From Syncephalis fuscata S228 (lineage: Eukaryota > Fungi > Zoopagomycota), in NCBI GenBank assembly GCA_025786725.1, contig JAHLTZ010000043.1, forward strand, positions 1-64,000: a stretch of DNA of 64,000 bases. The letters run 5' to 3'. Each line of letters begins with the position of its first letter. Position 1 is the stretch's first letter. Made by a program: the position numbers and the translations under genes. The notes under the pieces were generated by a model. It was not told the DNA's origin. It ran no database searches and saw only the letters and a list, made by a program, of their open reading frames with translations. Below are positions 27,996 to 40,868 of this stretch, one piece after another.

Positions 27996-29527
27996 TTATT
28001 TCTGTCTCGCAAGCGGCGACTCGGATACTAAGATATTCAAGCTGTCTTTTACGTTGTTATGCAGTCTATTTTGTCGCAAATAATTCGTAATATTCATTCG
28101 AGAGGCACCTTTTGGCGTTAGGATATCGTTAATCATTCTTAGTAGTGAGCTTAACGGATAAGTTTGCTCATAGGTCGCTGATGGTAGTATAAACATGCCA
28201 TACGAGGCATATATGCTAAAAATGTATCTTTCATACGGGCTATTTGAAAGTGTTTCTAATGGTGTTCTCACCAGTCTATAGAGTAGGTACCATGAATCGT
28301 TAATTAGCATAGGGTATCGAACGTTGACATTAGTGCAATAACGGTAGGTTTTACTACCACCTTTGCCTTTAACGATTTATATTGATCTTCCGAAAGCAAG
28401 GCTTGTGCAAGTACTTCAAGGTGGCGCCATGGCTTTTGTCTCTCCATTACAAGTGAATGCTTTGCCTGAGACATGAGACGTGGCTCCCATGGAGAGCTCG
28501 TTAAATCCTCTAGCGTTATTAAAGCTGTATCTTGCAGCAATGGAATGTCATTCCGAGGTTTCCATACAAAAGTTACTCCGTAAAAAGTAGTGCCAATATT
28601 CCACATGTCTAATTCACGCAAATCCATACTTTTGCCGCTGATCCATTCAGGCGAATCGATCAAGTACGGTCTAGGATACTTGTCTACCTGCACTACTTTA
28701 TATTGTGCGTCATATTGAATAAGAGATGCTCTTTTGAAGTAGCGAATTAAGACTTTTGTTGTTTTTGTAATTCTACTTGTATTAATGCAAATGGCTTAAT
28801 ATGAAATTAGTGTCGTGCTGCAATACACAATTACAACCTACATGATGGCCTAATATGATTGTGGGCCCAGCCTATGCTATGCAAATAATCAATTCCTATA
28901 AATGTGTCAATACTATAATAGACGTTTTAATTTGCATGTATACCTTGTATAATTTGATTGAATATTGCAGGGAGTTCTGTTGCTTTATCCAGTGGATCCA
29001 TATTCCTGGTATATTCAGCAATGTTTTGATCGCATCGGGACGATGTCACAAAGCAATGCTTATCGTTAAAGTCAAAACTAAGTAAAGGCCGTGCTAGAAA
29101 CTCTTTTCCGTAGGCTTTCTTATTGCCCGATTTAATATCTTCATTTACAAAGCTCTGTAATAGAATTTCTGGTTAATTGGACAAACAGTGCTTTGCCCTG
29201 GCGCAGCATACCTTGTATACTTCAAATTCTATTGTTGGCTTATCACTTTTCTTGTGGCATGCAATACGAACATGGTCATGCTTGTAATTGGCTTGTGCAT
29301 AGTAATAGCTATCGGTGTTGCTTAAAACACGAGTAAGCCTGAGTCCATGTTTTTTAAAAACATCATTTTGTGACAAATCTATTCTCTCGCCTGTTAGTCG
29401 GCGGATATACATATGGAGTTATACTTCATACTTTTCAATGGTAAATATGAGGCCTGGCAGAGCTCGACCAAAAGCAGCCCTGATAGGCAGATAATAGCAA
29501 AGTGTTTTAAATTAGAATAATTATCAT
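27996..29527 (-). CDS. Secreted protein-kinase-fold protein, probable pseudokinase (copy 1)
   Basis: Signal peptide MIILILKHFAIICLSGLLLVELCQA; VRIAC (beta3, no Lys); IIQGIDYLHSIGWAHNHIRPSSICI (HRD loop reads HNH); IRYFK (DFG position); DSPEW (APE); DMWNIG (DxWSxG). Confidence 0.75.
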
Positions 29528-30343
29528 TCCAATGTGTAATCAAAGAAAAATTAGATAAAAGTTATAAACGGAGCGAGATACTAAAATGTAGTAATAAAGC
29601 TGTGTTTATAAATGTCCAAGTGTTCTACGCTTATTATGGTATAATTCATTTTTGACTCATTTAACAATGTGTCAAATGCCTTATTCAGCACTTTAAGCAT
29701 GCTAACACACTCGAATTAGCTGTTCAATTCTATAAATAGATTACAATAAATAACAGCAGTTAAAACATAAATTGTTTATTACTAAAACTTCTATGATTAA
29801 CTGCTACTTGCTAAAAGGTGTACAATGGTCGGCTATTACGGAAATAAGTATACTTTTGATAGTTTTTGTTTAAATAGCATAGAAAAGTGGTAAATCGTGT
29901 TCAATGCCGCTTTTGAAACCATTTTTTACTTGACACAGTGCTAATAAAAATAGTTTTATTTTTGAGCAATGTTAATTAATATAATGGTAATGGTAACGCA
30001 TCGTTATTAAATAAAATAAATGCTATTGTTGCTATCTAGAATATACTAGCACTGCTGGCTATCTTAAACAGTTTATGATTTTTAATATAATCTACGATAA
30101 AGAGTATTTTGCTAATTGATTCTATCCATCACACAGCTCCATGTTCAATAGAAAAAAATGTTATCAAATGCAGTTATTAAAACACCAAACTACATTAAAT
30201 TGTTAATAAATTCTTATAAAATGAAAAATGCTTGACAAAAAAACTGGTTACCATGTACTATTTTAGATCATTTATCCTTTTATTTATTTACTAGTAGCAA
30301 TAGTAGTCAATACAAAATGAATACTATACAATGAAAATAATTT

Positions 30344-31400
30344 CTATCGTCTAGTATCGCTGCCATTTTTGGTTGGATAGGCAATAAGGCGACCGCACGA
30401 GCTGCTACTGCCCTTTGAAGGTGGAGAGACTGCGATAAATTGATCACGACCTTTCACCTTTAGCCAGACTTGAATTTCTTGGATGCCATCACGGCTGCAC
30501 TTTAGGCCAACGGGCACACCCCAAGCATTCTGCAGTGCTTTAGCGAATGCTTCACTGTCATATTTGTTGCCCGGCACGATACCAGCCTTGGACAATGCGT
30601 ATACGGATTAAATTTAACGCGGAGGGATAAGGCCGTGCGGAAATATTCAGTACGTCTTGATAAGGTTTTGGAGAATCACCTAGACACTTTGGTTCAAGTG
30701 TTGAAACACATGTGCCGTGTTTATTCCATTCGTGCGACCTAGTGCATCATAATAATAGATGGTAAATAAAAGTGAAATTAGTACACGTGATGTGCTATCA
30801 ATGTTGTACCAATGTACTACCATCACTTACCAGAAAGCAGGCGCATCTCCTTTGTAGGATGGCCAATAAGTGTTCATATTTTTGAACAGCTCGGCATCTC
30901 CTTCTTCGATGATTTGGCCAAGATTATCGTAATTACGTTCGCTATCGCATCCGTCACTTGGACCATATGTTCCATCACTAATTTATATCAATCTAAAGTT
31001 AATATCAATAAATATACAAAAAATATTGCTTACCAATTATCGGGCCATAGACCATGCATTGTAAATTGATCGGATGGACCAAGGCTAGGATACCACTAAA
31101 CATAGTGATTAAGTATTTATAAAATATCAATTAAATGATGCCTACTTGTTGGGTGAACACCATTAATCCCATAGTAGGTGAGCAGCAGCTATTGGCATTT
31201 TTCTTTGCACTGCAAGATAATTCAAGCGGGCAAGTAAGACCGCCGGCCAAGGAAGCTGATGCAGTAATACCATTGCTTGGCACTATAGGAATGTCGGATC
31301 CAGTATTTTTAGCGACACGGGCCAAAGCGGATGGACAACCAACGAGTGCACTGATAGCACTCACGACCAATAAAGTCTTCAAAGTTGAAAGAGTCATCAT
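30344..31400 (-). CDS. Secreted ribonuclease T2 (copy B); two -1 indels near 30598 and 30648
   Basis: Signal peptide; CPLELSC..CCSP; FTMHGLWPDNC; FWSHEWNKHGTCVSTLEP. Same three intron positions as copy A. Confidence 0.9.
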
Positions 31401-31798
31401 GATGATAGCTGTTCTTGTTCTTGATATAAAATGTGAAAGCAAAAAGTATACGTTAAATCGTCAAGATAGAGTTGGAAGTAATCAAAATGTCGTAAAAAGG
31501 TGAAGCAAAGGTTAGTGGCAGTCGCAGCAATGTGTTGGTTGTCGTAGAAGATGTCGTTGCGTAGAAACGATGATAATGAGTATGATTTGTTATTAGTATA
31601 TGATCGGCTGTATTGTTCGCTCTATTTATATACAACAAACTGGATCATAGAACATAGTAAATTTATTAATACTGAAATATCACGGGGACAATAATAATAG
31701 TTACACATAGAATGATAGTATTTGCCAACACTATTGGATGGTGATGATGAAACTAATACTAAATAATAGTTTAATAAAGGATCAACACCAGCAAATAG

Positions 31799-32725
31799 TG
31801 AAATCCATTGCCTTAATCATCAGCGCTGGTATGACCATTGTGGCCGCCTGTACGTTTTGCGGAGTGATTACCTCGGCCTTTTTGACGTCCATTCGTTTTG
31901 CCGTGATTATTATTCCGTGCCCGTCCCTCTGTGACCATAGACACCGTCGTCATTATGACAAGGGGCTTCGTCAGATGGTGGTTCAAAGAATGTGCTGCCA
32001 CTTACCACCGTTATTCAGAGTATCCATTTTGGATATTGTCGCCTTTTGGCCTGCCATTAACTAAAATGATGATCACATGTTACAGGTCAGCCATAGGTGA
32101 TATGTGTGCTACGAAGAGCCGTCATTTGGACTTCGCCTCTGTCCTTTTCTATCAACACTTCCTACCTGAAACTTGTCCTTGCACGCTTCATTAAATGCTT
32201 CTTCGGTGGCAAATTCGACGTAACAGATCACTTGTTTGGGATTAGGATCAACGCCGCGCTGGATTTCAATAGACACTGCCTACAATAATGTATTGTACTA
32301 ACATTAACAATTGCTAATTGTTTGGATTGAATCGCTTGCCTTTTCATATACATCTCGAACAACCGACTCGTCAATATGATCGCCAATTAAACCTTTAACA
32401 CAGATGGTGCGTCCCTAGAGTCATCGTCGTCATCATTATTAAGCAAAATGTTATATAAAACTGTGTTACAGGTACATACTGCATTAATATGGCTTGTTTC
32501 CAAGGCTGGACTTGCCGTACGACTATTATTTTCGCTGGCTAGTCGGCTGCCTCGGTTGCTACCACGACTAGTGCTACGATCGGCCGCAGAGAGTTCGGCC
32601 GTCATTGAAACACGAGAGGATGAGCGTTCCTGTGGCACTTGTAGTGTATTTAAATGTGCATCAGCCTCTTCTTCGTCACGCGTTTCTTCCTTTGCATATA
32701 AAGCAGCCCAGATATTATTCTGTAC
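31799..32725 (-). pseudogene. Near-identical, intron-containing duplicate of the 3' end (RRM5 + C-terminus) of the DUF2433-RRM gene
   Basis: Matches 40855-41782. By reading I found only a 1-nt T-run indel and one T/C change. It has no upstream exons and no ATG. Confidence 0.88.
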
Positions 32726-34486
32726 ACTTTTTAAAGACAATTAGCGTTTTACTAGTGTTACAACTCCTATTTAAAGACTTTATATTAGATAAACAAGCAG
32801 CACTTTATTCTGGCGTTGTCATATAGCTTTATCCTTTGATATTTACTAGCACTTATACTAGCACTTAGAATATAATTTGGTGGTCGATTATATTGATTTG
32901 ATAACAAAGCTTTTTTATTTTTTATCGAGTATTACAGCTTAACTATAATAATTTAAATAATTTATATGACATTAAATAGAAGCATGATAAAACTAAATCT
33001 TATTGTTTTCATCGATATTAAATAAAGCTATTAGTATATAATAAATATGTCTAATAATAAATCTTGAATGCTTTGTAGTATTTCATCACTAACTTAACGG
33101 ATCAGTTAATATAGCTGTTTATATATTTGCAAATAGCAAATATTTATTTATTATGCCTTCGTAATAGCTGTTTATCGTCAACAACTAGTGCCAATATTCA
33201 ATATATGTATCATTTTGTAACTACACATGTGATGTTAATAGATCATCCAATTACATTATGTTTTTTTTAATCACATTACTAGAATAGTAACAATATTTTT
33301 ATCTCTATAATCGCAGCAAAAATACGCTGTTTTATTTGCAATATCTTTAAATGCCAATAGAACGCTAGATTACAGACCTAAATGTAAAATTATTGTGTTA
33401 ATGCTATGACAATGTGCAGCAGTATTAAAAAGTAATTATGTGGTAAAAGCTTAATAAAATATGTGTTATTTACTTAGTAAATAGTTACTAAATCATGTAT
33501 AACTTTATGTATAATGAAGCAAAGTTTATAATACAAAAATATACATAACATATGTATGACTATTAGCAAAGAATACCATAATTGAATTAAGCAATGCTGT
33601 AGTGATTGCTTTAGTATTGTAGAGCGCTTTGAATTTACTTTGGTACAAATTTGAATTTAAATATTAAGCGTTCTGAAATTACAAAATTTATATACTTTTT
33701 TGTTAACTAATAACACGTTGTCATGAATAAGACAACTAACTAATAAATAAAATAGAATAGAGTAAAAATCAATGCTTTATTAAAAGAAATGGCAAACCAT
33801 GTATGTACTTATAGTAAGCATGTGCTACACAGATATCCGAATATACGTGCTGAACAATCTTTAAAAGATAACCTCTATCTCTATATTTAGATCACGACAA
33901 TATAATAAATAGAATGTACCTAGTATATTGTAGAATGGTTATAGCAGTATGAATCTATAATAAAAATAGTATTAATATATATATATATATCTGCGTACTG
34001 AATAATAAACCTATAATAATAAGTATGTTGATGACTGGTGTTGTTTATCATTTGGTTTCATATTCAGAACAAATGTTATTCAATGTTAGTTAATTGTACA
34101 AAAACAAAATTGTATAATACTGTTAAATGACCCACACCATGTTATGCGAGTAACACATTTTATTTAAATAAATAAGATTTACAAAAAAGCATTTATGTGT
34201 TCAATTAATAAAAAGAGATTACATTTATACTAATAATAATACAGGACAGCATTATTATAATAGATAGGTAGATACTATGAGTGTAATGATTGTATTGTAC
34301 GTGAATTATCATTCCAAAAGTTCAAGGCCTTTGAAAGCTGCACAGTATATATTTAAATGCATATCTTGCATATGTTCATTGTAACTACGCATTATGCTTG
34401 TCTATCTTTTAGTAAAGCATTATAGTATAAGCGGTTCTTGAAAATTCAGCTGCCATTCCTTTTCTTGTCTAACTTACTTATGCACA

Positions 34487-36130
34487 ATGAACCATATTCC
34501 TATACTTGTTATTGAACGTATTGCCGTATTTACCGACAGCGACTCACTTGTTCTGCTTTCATGCTGCAGTAAATGGCTGCGGTATTGTATTAGTCAACAG
34601 AATAATCTCTGGCATCAGCAATATAAGCAGTATTACAATCTTGCTGATAACAGCGAGATAAAATGGTTGGTCTGGTATGTGCAGACAACACGTGCATCAA
34701 AACCTTTGGCACAACATACCAAAAACGCAATCGGCATTGCTCAGTTGAATAACCAGTATATCGAATGGTTTTGTGCATTTTGCTATCGACGTGCTACTGA
34801 TGCAAATTGGCTTAAAGACACGACATATCCAATTAAGGATTTAGTGGGGGGAAAAACAGACAACATTCGTTCTATTGTATTACAACGGATTGCTTATCGT
34901 CATACTGACCTGCGGAAATGTTTTATTGCTGAACAATGCCAGTCAGTAGAAGATATATCTGCTAAACGATTTTGGCGCTTGCGTAAATTATTTTCAAATG
35001 ATGCGGACTATAAATATCACGTACAACAATGTCTGATATCAGATAAATTTGTGGTGGCTATTAGTACGCAAACAAATAATCCAGGTTACTTTAAAGTAAA
35101 ACCAAGCATCATTTCCATCTGGCCAGTGAGTCGAGTTTCAATCATGCGACCGCGTCAATTTTCCTGCTTATGCAATAATGCAAACATTCGTGGGCGCTGG
35201 ATGACAGTTACTCATTTTGAGGTAGCAGCCGAAAAAATAGATAGAACCATTCTATTAGAAAGAACACACGTTTTTGATCTTGCTTACGGTCAAAAATGTA
35301 TGGGTACTATCACAACTTATAAAGGAAAAGTCTTTTTATTAAGAGTTACTGAAGAAGCAGCAGTTGCATTTAGTAGAACGCTGCATCACTCAGACACTAC
35401 TATCACATTCAAATGGAACGTATGGAAGTTTTCAAATCGTCATCTAGAAGATAATCCGCGCTGTCTAATACAAGGAGAGATTCATTTTAAAAGATCTAAA
35501 AGTGCAGGAATTTTTGTTAAAAAACTGGATGACACTCGAGTTTTAATTGAAAATAATTCACTGTTTGCTGCCAATCAGATGAATGAGAACACGGCAGATG
35601 ACATAAAATTGGCCATGATTTCAACAGAATGCGGCTACTCGAACGTTTGCATTAAAGATGCAAAGCCCATTTGGACACGTAACGATGATATTTATAGTAC
35701 AGTGCCGCTATTTGGTTCTAACCGCATTCTTGTTATATCTGAGAGAGGATGGACGGTTCACAGCATAATTGATGGCGCTATACTAGCACACATCAATGTA
35801 GAAAATCTAGATTTAGTGTTTGAAACTCCTCGCCTGCTACATATAGCCGATTATACTAAACTTTTTATATCACATATTGGTAGATTTGTTCTTTATAGAT
35901 CTAAATACGACAACAAATTTATAGCAGTAGATCTAATGAATCTGCGTACTAGAAATTTGGGTATAGCAAATTCAGAGTATTTGTACGAAACATGTGAACG
36001 TCGAGGTATTATTGTAAAATTTAGCAGCTTGATTAGGCAACCTTTATTACTAAATGATACATTTGACACAAGAAACGCGGCGTTAATAGAAGATGACGAA
36101 AACTATAGAGTAATAGATTTGTCATTTTAA
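34487..36130 (+). CDS. Intronless F-box-like protein (547 aa) with beta-rich C-terminal region
   Basis: N-terminus MNHIPILVIERIAVFTDSDSLVLLSCCSKWLRYCISQQNNLWHQQY fits the F-box pattern. WFCAFCYRRATDANW is followed by beta-strand-rich sequence, as in F-box/propeller proteins. Confidence 0.7.
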   Translation: MNHIPILVIERIAVFTDSDSLVLLSCCSKWLRYCISQQNNLWHQQYKQYYNLADNSEIKWLVWYVQTTRASKPLAQHTKNAIGIAQLNNQYIEWFCAFCYRRATDANWLKDTTYPIKDLVGGKTDNIRSIVLQRIAYRHTDLRKCFIAEQCQSVEDISAKRFWRLRKLFSNDADYKYHVQQCLISDKFVVAISTQTNNPGYFKVKPSIISIWPVSRVSIMRPRQFSCLCNNANIRGRWMTVTHFEVAAEKIDRTILLERTHVFDLAYGQKCMGTITTYKGKVFLLRVTEEAAVAFSRTLHHSDTTITFKWNVWKFSNRHLEDNPRCLIQGEIHFKRSKSAGIFVKKLDDTRVLIENNSLFAANQMNENTADDIKLAMISTECGYSNVCIKDAKPIWTRNDDIYSTVPLFGSNRILVISERGWTVHSIIDGAILAHINVENLDLVFETPRLLHIADYTKLFISHIGRFVLYRSKYDNKFIAVDLMNLRTRNLGIANSEYLYETCERRGIIVKFSSLIRQPLLLNDTFDTRNAALIEDDENYRVIDLSF

Positions 36131-36871
36131 TTGCCATTCATTTATTTCATTCAAAATAAAATTTAAAATAAAATAGAATATTTTAATACTACTTGGATAT
36201 CAAAAATATTTTTGTCTGTTTAGTATGGAAATAATTTAATGCAATATATTTATTACTTGTGATTTTATGTCAATATTGTACACATTAAATGTGTGTGAGC
36301 TATACGTTTACTGTATAATAAGTAAGTAATTATTTGCTAAAAACAATGGTTTAAATGGTTTATCTATCACAGAATAACTAATGGTTTTGATGGTTTTATT
36401 TATGCTACAAAGTATTAAACAAAAAGTTCAACAAGTAAAAAAACAAGAACAATAAAAAACAAGTATTACCGGATTAGAACATAAAATATATGTCTCATTC
36501 AAGCCCCAATCTCGCAAAACGGTATGGAATTGCGATGTGATGGCAGCGAGGGACATACACGATGTTTTACACACAAAGCAAGAAATAATAATAAAAATTA
36601 GATTGAATTAAAACATGAAACCAATCAATTATCAATTTCTTTACAGTAATCTGAGTAATAACACGTATTTTCTCTCTGGGCTTGCTTTATTGTGTAGTGT
36701 TTAAGCTGTTTAAGTATTTAACTAATATGTTTTATCATCTGTTTTCGAATATCGATAGTTTCTACAATAGCATTTCGTGGCTATTGTGTGATGGACAAAT
36801 AATCAACATTAGAATATTACACAGCTGTAGCAATTGAATCATAACATGTCATTGTTTATTTGTAAAACTCG

Positions 36872-38046
36872 TTATTCTTCATCTGAAGGCAATAACAAAT
36901 CGTTAAATGGCTTTAGCTGATCAGTGTTATATTGCAATGCAATCAGTCGCCAACTCGGTTCGTTTGCCTTGATAATATACCATTCGTATCTCCATTTTAT
37001 ATTTTTATTTGTTTTAAACGCATATATAAATGCGTTTCTTAGAGCGTAAGAGACTTTATATAAAGTTTGTTGTATAATAAATCTATTGATTTGTTGGATT
37101 TTATCGTTTCTTTGAAGCTCAGCAAGTTTTTCTACTGGAAAAGTATTATCAAATCTGGTAAAGAACATCTTGTAGTCATCTTTCTCCCCAGTGAAGCAAA
37201 TATCTAACAGTAACATTAATGTAAATAACAGTAAACAGCAATATGCTTTACTTACTTCCAATATCCCCGTTGGCGTACCATCCCTCTTTTTTTATGATAT
37301 CTAGCGCTAATCATGGTTTAGTTTACAGTATACAAACAATTCAAGCCTTTACCTTTTGCAATGTTTTTCCATATACGATTTAGATATTCTAGTTGACTAC
37401 CCACACGACTAATTGAAAAGTTGGAATAATTATTAGTATGTAAAGGCAATAGCTATGAAGTTTGACATACTCTCCAAAGTCTTGAAAAGCAGGATCGTAT
37501 TTTGATTCACATTCTTTATATGGTAAAATATAGCATTTAACATGTCCAGGCAATATAAATTGCCCCTTAGGTAACATAAATTCAAAATTTTCATGGGTTT
37601 CATATGATAATTTGGATTTCAATAAATCCTGTAGTTGATTATATTCGTTATTTTTGTATGTTTGCTGCTATATAAGACTTGCCTCGTATACTTGAAGGGC
37701 GTAGTTTTCTGTATTTGAAGTTGATCCACATGCAAGTCGAATCGGATCTTCTCTTTGCATTCCATCAATATAATGTACGCCTTTAATATTGGATTCTTTG
37801 CCTATAAGCTTGAGATCATGCATGGTAAATGGATCAGTTTCACCATTCAATTTAATCCCCATAAATTCTACATGAATAATATTGTTAGTAAATAACATAG
37901 ATGAATCCAAGTAGGCACTTGCCAGTGACACCGGGCACGGGAGCGGGTTTGGTACCAAATAAACCTGGCATGCCATTAGCAGGTGTAACTTGAGTAACCG
38001 ACACTAGCATGAGTGCAGTGGTGGTGATAGCAAAAATAGACTTCAT
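36872..38046 (-). CDS. Secreted kinase-fold protein, highly degenerate pseudokinase (copy 2)
   Basis: Signal peptide MKSIFAITTTALMLVSVTQVTPANG; IRLACG..E..VYE; KCYIL; IAKALDIIKKEGWYANGDIGNICF..FFTRFDN. It aligns to copy 1 with shared intron positions and has two GC-AG introns. Confidence 0.65.
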
Positions 38047-40868
38047 CGTGAATATGCCTATGTCAAGGTCCAGTCGTCGAATAAAAGGTTGTACTTTCTA
38101 TGAAGCTAGTACGTGAGAAGAAAGAGCGTGGTGTGATGATTAGACGAATAGATATGCCGAAAATGCAAACATTTATAGCAAAATATATCATGCAATAGCC
38201 GATGTATTTACTATAAGATTGGACAAATATGGTATTTATTTCTGAGTGAAAAATGTGAAACAAGCGCATGGAATAAACTGTAAACAACTAACCTCCGCAT
38301 CTCAATAAGATCCTAAAGCTATAAATATCTCAAAGCAACATTTTCATTTCTACTTATAGATATTGAATTGCGCAAAAATGGACATGTAATTTATTGTAGC
38401 ATTATCATCTTTGTGTGGCTATTATTTTTGCAAGCATAAATTCCAAACATGCAAATAAATTTGATCATTGCTAAAAATTATGCCATGAACATTACACTGT
38501 TTATATAAATTGTAGCATATAGTCAAATATTTTATATTACTAAAGACATGGATATAATAAAAATTATTTTTAAATCCATAGATTAAAACAACAATTTTAT
38601 TATAAATAGACAAACAAATGATATAAAATAGCAATTGTTTTTGAACATTCAAACTCAATAGATACTAGAATGTTCAAGTCATTAAAAGTCATTATGCACT
38701 GATTAAGCATTATGCTACTTATAATTTTCTACAAGAAATAAACAAAATTATAAAGAAATGATAAAAGGAAACAAAAGGTAAACGGAGCTAGAAACACAAT
38801 AAAAAGAATTGGTTAAAAGAACCAAGTGTAATAAGAGTGGATGCAAATGACAAATAAAGATTTAAAAATAAGTCAACTTAATTGTCTTGTTAATTATCAA
38901 GTCACAATGATTGTCTTTGTTAATGGTAACTTTGGCGCATTTATGCAAGAAAGACTATTTGTTTTTACATAAATAATCATTGAAGCTATTAAGCTATTGG
39001 CCAATAAATCCAATGGTTCTGTTGAATTTATTTATGTTAATGAGTATTTAACAAGTTTGTAACTAAGCAATTGAATAAGTAAAGACGATTATCAATTTAA
39101 TGACGGCGTGTAAAAGGCTTTTTTAAAATGTACGCTATAAATGTACGGTAATTTTGCATAATCTTATTCTGTGTTTACTGATAGCGTGCTTTATTGAGTA
39201 AAATATTGCTACATTTACTTGATAAATTAAAAACGACCCGTTTTACATATAGATTAGCAAGGTATATTGCAAAGAATGTACTGCAACAATTTGCTACAAA
39301 TACTGGTGCCAAACACAATAATGGACTAGAAAAACAGTGTAAAAATAAAAAGACCAATACAGCACCGACCAAACACTAGAACTTAGAAAGAGACTAATAA
39401 GTGAGATTATTCAGGTGGTGCAAAAGGGCAAAGAAGAAAATAGGATGAAAAGGTAACAGTGCATATACAACAACAATAGCTATAATAGTAGATCGTATTG
39501 CTGTACTGACGCTAAATATTTGTTTAACAGCTATACTAGCAATGCTCTCTATATTGTTGCCACTGTATGTATACAGCAACTATACATGATGATCATAGTG
39601 GCTATATGCTACCAAATTCATTGTATGTTTTGGCTTGCCATAGATAGTAACAGCTAATCAGTACTGGCAACAGTTTGTGCAGCCTTGAAAGTAGCAAACC
39701 GCACTGCCACTATTGAGATTGCAGAGCTGTTACCAGATTATCTATAATTATAATCTATAGTAAGAATAGAGCATACAACTAGCTTTTGGCAGTATATATT
39801 CAATATAACATAAAACAAATAAGAAATGCACTTACTGTGTTAACAAGGATGTTAAAAGCAATGATTGAAGTTAAAAGTAATTTATAAAAATGTCAGATTA
39901 CAAAAAGTAATGCAAGAAAGTAGTGTAAAAGGTGTATGTATTTTACTACTATTCAGACAACCACAACACTGTCTAAACAGTATATATATAGTGTAAAAGT
40001 ATATGCAATAAATATATGCTATCAAGTGTGAAAAAAAAGAAAGTATGATGACGTAGATTGAGATGTTCAGTAAATATGAATTAAAATAACGTCATTTAAT
40101 AACAAAACTACTCATTGTCGTAGAACATATTTTCAGTATAATAGCAAATTATTAAAAGGATAAAAGTCATTTGCCATCAAAATAAATCATTATCATAACA
40201 TATTTTACAATTATTAATGACTACTACAGCTAGAATATGATAAACCGACAATTATGTATTGTAAGATGCATACCAATAATCATCATGGCTATTTCTGCTA
40301 ATATCACCGCTACATGCAATGTAATCCTTGCTGCAAATTATATACAACTAATATAGCTAATGAAGTCACTTGTATAGATGGATCATTAAACAGCAGAAAT
40401 ACTAGCGGCATTATTACAACGTATAGTCACTTGTGCATATACAACAATTGAATTACATGTTGATTGACAAATAAGGACTATTATATTGTTACGTGTTAAT
40501 GTACCACTATATAATGTATGGATAACTGTGTATTGTTTGTAATATTGCTAGAATCCCCGTATTATAAACATACTGTTATAATAATGTTAATATTACATAA
40601 TAACATTAGCACAAACTGTTGATTAGTTACTTAATTTATGGCTTTTAAAATAAACAGTGTAACAGCGTTATTGTTCTATTTATATGCAGCAAATTAAATC
40701 ATAGAACAGAATAAATTTATTGAAACTGAAATATTACGGGGATAGTAATAATAGTCGCACATAGAATGTTGTTTAGTATTTGCCAACACTATTGAATAAT
40801 AATAATAATAATGGTGATGATGATAAAGCTATTACTAATTTATATAGTAACTACTGAAATCCATTGCC

